From Pseudomonadota bacterium (lineage in GTDB: Bacteria > Pseudomonadota > Gammaproteobacteria > Burkholderiales > DATLHW01), in contig JAZKCF010000008.1 of the NCBI GenBank assembly GCA_040388195.1, positions 1,831 to 65,830 of the forward strand: a DNA stretch of 64,000 nt. The letters are read 5' to 3'. Positions 53,236-59,753 of this stretch are shown here, in pieces. Within the stretch, counting starts at the first letter, position 1, and each line of letters begins with the position of its first letter. The notes beneath the pieces are model-generated. The model was given only the letters and a program-made list of their open reading frames with translations. It was not told the origin of the DNA and made no database searches. A program made the translations under genes and the position numbers.

Positions 53236-53318
53236 GATTAACGTAACAGGCGCACGACGAAATGCTAAGCAGAGAAGGAGCGATTATTCGTGCGTCCTGG
53301 TTCACGACTGAGTTAGAG
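53236..53318 (-). repeat. attC-like site F (family 1, 83 bp)
   Basis: The first 24 nt (plus strand GATTAACGTAACAGGCGCACGACG) are identical to site D. The distal arm TGCGTCCTGGTTCACGA is also shared, and the centre is variable. Confidence 0.65.
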
Positions 53319-53585
53319 TTGCGTTTGGATTGCATAGACAACAAACCTCTCACCATTCAAATCGATAGTTTTGCACCAGACATTCTTTCGGTTGGGGACT
53401 TCAGCAAACTCACCACCGTGTGCCTTTTGAGACAACTCTTTTTTCAGCGGCGGCGAGAGACCAGGAAGGGCGTTCTCTGGTAAGTCACCAGACCAACTTG
53501 AAACGAACCCTTTAAAGTTACTGTAACTACCTTGCGCAACATAGGTCGAGTCTCTGAAAGAGGCAATGTATGTATAGAGTGGCAT
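53313..53585 (-). CDS. cassette ORF 1, hypothetical (90 aa)
   Basis: The ATG at 53585 lies 5 nt after a perfect GTTAGAT core (53591-53597). The stop is next to site F. Confidence 0.5.
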   Translation of the reverse strand: MPLYTYIASFRDSTYVAQGSYSNFKGFVSSWSGDLPENALPGLSPPLKKELSQKAHGGEFAEVPNRKNVWCKTIDLNGERFVVYAIQTQL

Positions 53586-54253
53586 TGAAAATCTAACAGT
53601 GTTTATACGGACCCGTCGATCTGTATATCAATTATTAATAATGACAGCCATTATGCGTCGTACATTATTGATCTACAACATGGGATCAGTTTTTGCATCT
53701 CTATAAAAACCTCAATATTGGGGGCGCGACGAAGCGTAAAACTTCAATTAGGGTTCTCTGCTTTTTCATAAGAAGTGACAATCTTATGGGATGAATCGGT
53801 TAATCCCCTACACTTGCGTGATCAACACTCCATCGTTTGACGGGAAGCACGGACCGGGTTCGGCACGAACGGCCGCATTAGGAACTGTACTTCTGCGGTC
53901 GCTTTGATCGGGTATTGCCTGATCGTTGAAAAGCGATGCGTTCGGTTCCGCTGCATTGCTACCATCGAGTCGTGTGAGTACGATATACCACTGTGGCACG
54001 AAGTTGCTGATCGACAAAGGCAACATGCCAGAAGATATTCCCATGGATGAAGTAACGCTCTCCAAGATAATCGAATGTCGCAAAGCAATTATGCATGTCA
54101 GCACGCTTGTCACAATCGATCCGTTACTAGATATAAAATGGTTGAGAAAACCTCATAATCTGCCTTGACAACGAATTCGATCAGTGTACGATTTAAAGTG
54201 TTCTTCGTTAGCTGAGTCAGCTCGCCTCACATGCGCAAAGTGTGGCCTTTAAA

Positions 54254-54301
54254 GCCGTGAGACCCCTGGTAGGAACGGCATAACCGCAAGGTTTGGGGTA
54301 A
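54254..54301 (+). other. type I conserved pseudoknot-forming element, copy 1
   Basis: GCCGTGAGACCCCtggtaggAACGGCatAACCgcaaGGTTtGGGGTAA. Pairings are CCGT/ACGG and ACCCC/GGGGT, with an inserted GCAA-tetraloop hairpin. Confidence 0.6.
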
Positions 54302-54634
54302 TGAGTCATTCACCATCAGACGAGAAATCATTTCTCGTTACTAGCACGATGCATTTGATTTCTCTTTGAGAAAGTATCGTGCCGATCATTTGCACGATTA
54401 CCAATCGACTACAGCATTGAAGAAAGTCGTACGTCCACGTAATGGCGATCACGATATTTTTTCCGGCTTGAAAACGATGTGACGTTCCTCGTTTATAGCC
54501 GCGTTACTCACCTTGACCGGTGATGCATTGTCGCAGTCGATTCATCGTTTCACACCCCTGTCCGGGAGGCTTTTGTCTCCCCTTGGGGCGACATGACCTC
54601 CCTTTTTTTGTTTGTCATTAGAAAGGAGATGTTC

Positions 54635-55087
54635 ATGTCCGACCTTACCCACAATGAAGCAAATACCAACGCCACCGACGGTTCCGTATTCTTTGACCTC
54701 CATGTCAATGGTATCGGCTATCTCAATCGCGTCCGCGAAGTGAAGGTGAAGAAAGGCCAATTCCTGGCCTGCTCCATCAGCGCCATTCGTGGAGATACAT
54801 CCGATGTCGATTACACGAAGTTCGATGTCCGTGTGACCGGGACTGAAGCGAAAGAAATCGTCAAGCAGTTGAAGTCGACCGTCGATGCTAAAAAAGCGGT
54901 GATCGTCGGCTTCAAGCTGGGTGACATTTATCCAGAGAAATTCGTGTACGAAAACGGTGATCGCAAAGGTGAAGTCGGCGTTGTCATTAAAGGCCGGCTT
55001 CTCAAGGTGCGATTCGCCAAGGTAGACGGTATGAACATCGATCTGCCGAGGGAAGTCCCTGCCCAAGCGACCGGAACCAACGGTTGA
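54635..55087 (+). CDS. DUF3577-like (STY4534-like) ICE ssDNA-binding/replication-associated protein
   Basis: About 150 aa with FFDLHVNGIGYLNRVREVKVKKGQFLACSISAIRG. AAGGAG RBS before the ATG at 54635. Confidence 0.65.
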   Translation: MSDLTHNEANTNATDGSVFFDLHVNGIGYLNRVREVKVKKGQFLACSISAIRGDTSDVDYTKFDVRVTGTEAKEIVKQLKSTVDAKKAVIVGFKLGDIYPEKFVYENGDRKGEVGVVIKGRLLKVRFAKVDGMNIDLPREVPAQATGTNG

Positions 55088-55102
55088 ACTAACTGGGATA
55101 TC

Positions 55103-55142
55103 GACGGAACACTCGCGCCCTTTCGGCGGCGGGTGTTCCGTC
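55103..55142 (+). other. long GC-rich hairpin after the DUF3577-like gene
   Basis: GACGGAACAC...GTGTTCCGTC is a 10-bp stem with an inner CGCC/GGCG pairing. No T-run follows. Confidence 0.5.
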
Positions 55143-55173
55143 ACTTACTGGATAGCAATCGAAAGGAGTTTTC

Positions 55174-55656
55174 ATGAATTGCATAAACAACCAATTACGG
55201 CCACTGCCGACACGAAAATCCATCACGGTCGAAATCGATGCGGCAAAAGCACCGGCCTTTAATGAACTGCTCAACGAATTTTTCAACGGAACGCGTTATC
55301 AAGCAATCGTTGAAAAAAAGCGAGCGGATCAGGAAACACAAATTGCATCTCTGCAGCATCTTTATAACTTGACTCAAAAGCATTCAGGAACTGGGCAAGC
55401 GCGTGTGATCGCTCATTTCTTGGCTTGCCTGTACAACGGTTATCGCTTTCAATTTGATCTGACCGATTTTCGATCGCTTGATACCGATATCTTCCAGCAT
55501 TGCCTCAATGTGTTGTGGCTTGATAATCAACCGGCGCAAGAAGTGCATTGTTACTTCCAAAACGGCGGCGAATTATGGGAGCGCATGATCGAGGAATATG
55601 GACTGAAAGACCGGAGCAAGATAAATGCGTTGGCAAGTAGTAGCCGAAACATTTAG
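55174..55656 (+). CDS. hypothetical ICE protein
   Basis: 160 aa with an AAGGAG RBS 7 nt upstream. No motif recognised. Confidence 0.5.
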   Translation: MNCINNQLRPLPTRKSITVEIDAAKAPAFNELLNEFFNGTRYQAIVEKKRADQETQIASLQHLYNLTQKHSGTGQARVIAHFLACLYNGYRFQFDLTDFRSLDTDIFQHCLNVLWLDNQPAQEVHCYFQNGGELWERMIEEYGLKDRSKINALASSSRNI

Positions 55657-55782
55657 CTTCATGTCTCAGGCAGATGAGACAGTTATGTTTTCGCATCATC
55701 GCCAGTTCCATCGCTTTAACGCTGAGCCTTACCTTGAACCAAATTCCCGTTTTGCACGTTTCGGACAAAACGTGCGCCATAA

Positions 55783-55827
55783 ACCGTGAGACCCCTCGAA
55801 AGAACGGCGGGCGCAAGCCTGGGGTAA
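55783..55827 (+). other. type I conserved pseudoknot-forming element, copy 2
   Basis: ACCGTGAGACCCCtcgaaagAACGGCgGGGCgcaaGCCTGGGGTAA, preceded by the hairpin GCACGTTT-cggac-AAACGTGC. Confidence 0.6.
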
Positions 55828-56120
55828 TCCGTAATTCCTCGCGAATGGCGTCTGGGACTCCCTGACACCTGCTCGGATCAACTTGGCGGTTATCCTGGTG
55901 CCGTCACAGTATCTAGCGCTTCTCGCGGGCGTCGTCTTCGTCGGCGTGAATCGCTGCCGAATTTCTTGAAGTAACTACTGCCGTCGTGATTTTGTCGATC
56001 GAGATGAAATCCCGGCGGCGCCATTTTTTAATTTCCTGCGGGATATGCAATTTCCCCGCAGGGAAGTTGCGTCTTTCGCGGGCCTTTTTGTTCCATCACC
56101 CACGCAAAGGATACGCAATC

Positions 56121-56684
56121 ATGATTACCGTTAGTGGCACCCTACTCGTTAAAACGGTTCACGGTCGTCGCGGTGATTTCGCCGTCGGCACGCTGCTCAC
56201 CGAAATCGGCGAGTTCAAAGTGAAAGACACCATTCTCGATCAATTTTCCGAAGGGGAATATCGCGGTCATTTCGCAATCGGACGCATCTATCAAGGCTCC
56301 TATGCATGGAAAGGAGCAACGATCAGTGAGCTGCGCGCGAATATCACCGATATAGAACTGGAAGAGGCGAATGAGAAACCGGTTCAATCGACGGAGAACC
56401 CGTCGTCGGCGGATCCGATTGAAGAACCAAGTCCGGTAGCAGATGTGCCGGAGGACTCAAGTACATCAGCGGTGATCGATACGCAGCATGCGATGCCTTC
56501 GTCGTTGGACACAGCGGCGGAGACAGATGATATCGAATCAGCTATCGCGTTATCGCTACCCGTAAAACTTGATCCAACTGTCGACCGTGCGCTCTTTAGA
56601 ACGCAACGCGATCGATTAAAAACAGCCGGCTACCGCTTCGACGCTTCAAAGCAGACTTGGCTTTCGTCTGCTACGGATGAATAG
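56121..56684 (+). CDS. DUF3275-like ICE protein
   Basis: MITVSGTLLVKTVHGRRGDFAVGTLLTEIGEFKVKD N-terminus and an acidic C-terminal half. ATG at 56121 with an AAGGA RBS. Confidence 0.55.
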   Translation: MITVSGTLLVKTVHGRRGDFAVGTLLTEIGEFKVKDTILDQFSEGEYRGHFAIGRIYQGSYAWKGATISELRANITDIELEEANEKPVQSTENPSSADPIEEPSPVADVPEDSSTSAVIDTQHAMPSSLDTAAETDDIESAIALSLPVKLDPTVDRALFRTQRDRLKTAGYRFDASKQTWLSSATDE

Positions 56685-57006
56685 GTGATTTTCAATTAAC
56701 AATCATGAGTGGTATTTGCCCGCATTCGCGGGCATACCGATGGGGCGTCTCATCGGCATGCCCGTGAGCTCCGGGTGTATTCAGCCTGGGTAAGCGACCG
56801 CCCGAGAAAGGTCGCGCCCTTGGCGCTTGCGGCGCGCAGTTCATACAAGGAACGCGCTAGGAATCCATATATTTGTTGGTGAGCCTCTTTATACAAAGGG
56901 GCCGCTAAAGCGTGTCAAAACTATCCAAGCACGTTTTAGCAGCCGTTTTGTCGTTGTTCAACCGTGACTGCCGGCAGCAGTCCGATTAACGTCCGTTAGA
57001 CGTTAT

Positions 57007-57052
57007 GCCGTGAGACCCCTTGAAAGAACGGCTGGCGATTAGCCTGGGGTAA
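57007..57052 (+). other. type I conserved pseudoknot-forming element, copy 3
   Basis: GCCGTGAGACCCCttgaaagAACGGCtGGCgattaGCCTGGGGTAA, preceded by the hairpin AACGTC-cgtta-GACGTT. Confidence 0.6.
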
Positions 57053-57136
57053 CCGTACTTACACATCACCAACCTGGTGGGAAGCCGATTCCCGCCGGGG
57101 AGAGGGTTTTCCGCTTTTCTTAAGGAGATCCTCGCC

Positions 57137-57727
57137 ATGAAAAATCACCACGTCATCGACGACATTCGCGCTCTGCCGGATGCCGCGTTATTGCAACAAT
57201 TTTTTCACGCCGACACGCGGCAAATTCTTGCTGAATGCAATGAAAGCTTACTCGCTGTGCTTGCACGGCGTAATTGTTCCAAGCGGCAACGAACGTTGCT
57301 TGCCGGTATTGAAGTAGCGCGTCGGGCAGTGCTTGAAGAACTGAGCGCAATGAAGTCGCTGACATCACCATGTTTAGTTAACGAGTATCTGCATCTTCAC
57401 TTTCTGGGGTGCGAAGAAGAACGGTTCTGCGCTGTTTGGCTTGATGCGAGAAACAGACCCATAGCGTTCGACGAATTGTTTCGCGGAACGCTGACGCAGG
57501 CCAGTGTCTATCCACGTGAAGTGGCGAGACGCGCATTGCAACGAAATGCAGCGAGTGTGATTTTTGCGCACAACCATCCGAGTGGCACGGCTGAACCATC
57601 TCACGCGGATGAGCTGTTAACGCAAAATCTTAAAAAAACGCTCGCATTGGTTGACGTGCGTGTATTGGATCATTTCATCGTCGCCGGCGCAGCCACGCTG
57701 TCGTTTGCACAACGCGGACTGCTCTAG
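57137..57727 (+). CDS. radC: RadC-like JAB/MPN domain protein
   Basis: HNHPSG...PSHAD JAMM motif. AAGGAG RBS before the ATG at 57137. Confidence 0.85.
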   Translation: MKNHHVIDDIRALPDAALLQQFFHADTRQILAECNESLLAVLARRNCSKRQRTLLAGIEVARRAVLEELSAMKSLTSPCLVNEYLHLHFLGCEEERFCAVWLDARNRPIAFDELFRGTLTQASVYPREVARRALQRNAASVIFAHNHPSGTAEPSHADELLTQNLKKTLALVDVRVLDHFIVAGAATLSFAQRGLL

Positions 57728-57749
57728 CGTTTTGCTTTTATAAAAACGC
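57727..57749 (+). terminator. weak hairpin terminator after radC
   Basis: GCGTTTT-gcttttata-AAAACGC followed by a T-rich tract. Confidence 0.4.
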
Positions 57750-57768
57750 CTTATTTACTTTTCTTCAT

Positions 57769-57815
57769 CAACCCTCGCGGGGAATCAGCCCGCATGGGCG
57801 AATGGTTTCCTGCGA
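57769..57815 (+). other. type II conserved intergenic element, copy a
   Basis: CAACCCTCGCGGGGaatCAGCCCgcatGGGCGAatggTTTCCTGCGA, directly upstream of the methylase gene. Confidence 0.5.
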
Positions 57816-57834
57816 TTTCTTTCAGGAAAATATC

Positions 57835-58950
57835 ATGGCACTCATGTTTCAGCGCTTGGCGCGCAACTTTATCAAAGCTGGTTATTTTCCAACCGACGAG
57901 GTAACACTTTCGCGCATCCTAAATGCCATCGATATCGGTGGTGCCCGTTTGCGAGTACTTGATCCTTGTTGTGGCGAAGGTACTGCGATCGCTGAGGTAT
58001 GCAACCACCTTGGCGAATGTGGCGCCGACATCGATAGTTTCGGCATCGAGTACGACCTGGAACGAGCATGGCACGCGAAATCGATTGTCAGTACCGTGAT
58101 TCATGCCGATATGAACGATGTATTTGTCACAGCTCGCTCGATGGGACTGTTATTTCTCAATCCTCCCTACGGCAATGCCGTCCGGGATCAAGCGGAGACA
58201 GGTTCTGGAAAACGCAGTGAACGTATTGAAACGGCGTTTGTGAAGCGGTGCATGGGCTGGCTGCAATTTGGCGGGCTGCTCGTACTCATCGTGCCGCACT
58301 ACGCTTTCGATCGGGAACTCTCTACGATTGTTGCGCGCAACTTTGAGCGTGTAACGATTTTCACCGCACCGGAGCCACGCTTCAAGCAAGTGGTGCTCTT
58401 TGGGGCGAAGCGACGTAGCGATGTTCCTGATATGGACGTGGCAGCGATGTTGGAGAAAGTAGGCCGCTCGACGTATGGCAGTCCGGAAATGCCATCCGTG
58501 TTACCGCAAGATTGGAGTGGCATGCCCTACGAAATTCCATCACCAAAGGAAACGGCCGAATTTCGATTCGTCTCCGTAAAGCTCGATGGCCCGCAACTTG
58601 CCGTCGAATTGGATCGATTGAAAAAATCGACACTATGGCCACAATTCGATGCCATTTTTCAGACAAACGCCCGACCACATCGTCGACCGTTACGCGACTT
58701 ATCTCGCTGGCATTTGGCTCTGGCGCTTGCGGCAGGCCAAGTGGCTGGTGTGGTTCGAAGCCATGATGGTAGATCGCTGCTAATCAAGGGCGATACCTTC
58801 AAGGAAAAGAGCGCTACTGTCGAGCGTCAAGAACATGCGGATGGCACCTTTGCCGAAACGAGAATCCTGACGGACAAATTCGTGCCCGTCATCACCGGCA
58901 TCGACTTTACGCCGGGTCCTAATTTCGGCGAAATCGTCACCATACGTTAA
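57835..58950 (+). CDS. SAM-dependent DNA methyltransferase (NPPY type)
   Basis: Motif I VLDPCCGEG, then motif IV LFLNPPYG. ATG at 57835 with an AGGAAA RBS. Confidence 0.8.
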   Translation: MALMFQRLARNFIKAGYFPTDEVTLSRILNAIDIGGARLRVLDPCCGEGTAIAEVCNHLGECGADIDSFGIEYDLERAWHAKSIVSTVIHADMNDVFVTARSMGLLFLNPPYGNAVRDQAETGSGKRSERIETAFVKRCMGWLQFGGLLVLIVPHYAFDRELSTIVARNFERVTIFTAPEPRFKQVVLFGAKRRSDVPDMDVAAMLEKVGRSTYGSPEMPSVLPQDWSGMPYEIPSPKETAEFRFVSVKLDGPQLAVELDRLKKSTLWPQFDAIFQTNARPHRRPLRDLSRWHLALALAAGQVAGVVRSHDGRSLLIKGDTFKEKSATVERQEHADGTFAETRILTDKFVPVITGIDFTPGPNFGEIVTIR

Positions 58951-58958
58951 TCATTTAC

Positions 58959-59009
58959 CAACCCACTCGCGAGGGAGTCTGTCCCTCACGGGGCATGGCT
59001 TCCCTGCGA
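58959..59009 (+). other. type II conserved intergenic element, copy b
   Basis: CAACCCACTCGCGAGGGAgtctgTCCCTCACGGGGCATGGCTTCCCTGCGA. Confidence 0.5.
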
Positions 59010-59031
59010 CTTTTTGTCAAAAGGAGTAACC

Positions 59032-59676
59032 ATGCCACTGTATCGAGTTAGAGAAATGTCTGATGTTTTCGTCGACGCTTGCGTTCGCGATACATCGGGA
59101 GATCTCTTGTTTTTATCCTGTTACGGCCGTGATACGGCGCTGACGCAGCTTTTCGCCGCGTTTTCGCTGAGTCCGGCCCAAGGCGGTTTTACGCAAATCA
59201 CATTGGAAGCAGACGATGGCTGCGTTCATCGCGTAGGTATCGCTGGTGCAGAACGTTTTAAGAAACTGGCCGGACGATTGCCGAAGGACAATCTATTCGG
59301 CAATGTGGCGCAGACGTGGATCTACGATCCTATCGTTTTGGAACCAGATCGATCCAATCGGATCGGTTGGGTATTGCTCGATCTCAACTCAGCTTCGAGC
59401 GAGGCAAGCGCAATTAGGACAGAAATCGACCGGCGAGTTTGGGCGATGTATCAGATTCTGTCTCCTGTGCCCTTGCTACCAGCATGGGAACGACCTATCC
59501 GTAACGCAACACGAGAGGCCGTTCATGACATGCAGGCTTCCCCGTTTCCGGCGCTTGGACGCATTTCTGCATTGCTCGTGCATTTGCCGGCTGAATTTAG
59601 CGAGCAAGTGTCGCAGCTCGTGAAAACCCGTGTCATCGATATCGTTACGCCAACTCAGGTAGCGATAGCAGCCTAA
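59032..59676 (+). CDS. hypothetical protein between methylase and helicase
   Basis: 214 aa with an AAGGAG RBS. No motif recognised. Confidence 0.5.
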   Translation: MPLYRVREMSDVFVDACVRDTSGDLLFLSCYGRDTALTQLFAAFSLSPAQGGFTQITLEADDGCVHRVGIAGAERFKKLAGRLPKDNLFGNVAQTWIYDPIVLEPDRSNRIGWVLLDLNSASSEASAIRTEIDRRVWAMYQILSPVPLLPAWERPIRNATREAVHDMQASPFPALGRISALLVHLPAEFSEQVSQLVKTRVIDIVTPTQVAIAA

Positions 59677-59689
59677 ACGTTACTTCAAT

Positions 59690-59736
59690 CAACCCTCGCG
59701 GGGCCAACGCCCTGCTGGGGCGTTGCCTCGCCTCGA
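59690..59736 (+). other. type II conserved intergenic element, copy c
   Basis: CAACCCTCGCGGGGcCAACGCCCtgctGGGCGTTGcCTCGCCTCGA. Confidence 0.5.
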
Positions 59737-59753
59737 ATCTTTATGGAGGCATT

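Larger units (their letters stand above)
49593..53597 (-). mobile_element. integron-type gene cassette array without integrase (CALIN-like), six cassettes
   Basis: Every minus-strand ORF or ORF pair is followed by an imperfect palindrome bounded by RYYYAAC-like and GTTRRRY-like boxes. Stop codons sit in or next to the first box, and ORFs start 3-40 nt after the second. Confidence 0.65.

Noticed and set aside
53808-54168. Three mutually overlapping ORFs (101 aa and 88 aa on minus, 80 aa on plus) upstream of the cassette array, considered as an integrase remnant or a seventh cassette.
   Set aside because: They have no tyrosine-recombinase motifs (R...HxxR...Y), no RBS and conflicting frames. 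They are left uncalled and mentioned only in the coding-desert finding.
54542-55144. 200-aa minus-strand ORF.
   Set aside because: It is antisense to the DUF3577-like gene, which has an RBS and family-typical sequence.
55986-56120. 45-aa N-terminal extension of the DUF3275-like ORF.
   Set aside because: The extension translates a hairpin-rich leader (TTCCTGCGGG...CCCCGCAGGGAA). An ATG with an RBS at 56121 gives the family-typical MITVSGTL start.
54254-59736. The repeated intergenic motifs considered as a CRISPR array or as REP/MITE elements.
   Set aside because: The copies are separated by whole genes at kb scale and are not regularly spaced. They have no terminal inverted repeats or target duplications, and they are always oriented with the downstream gene.
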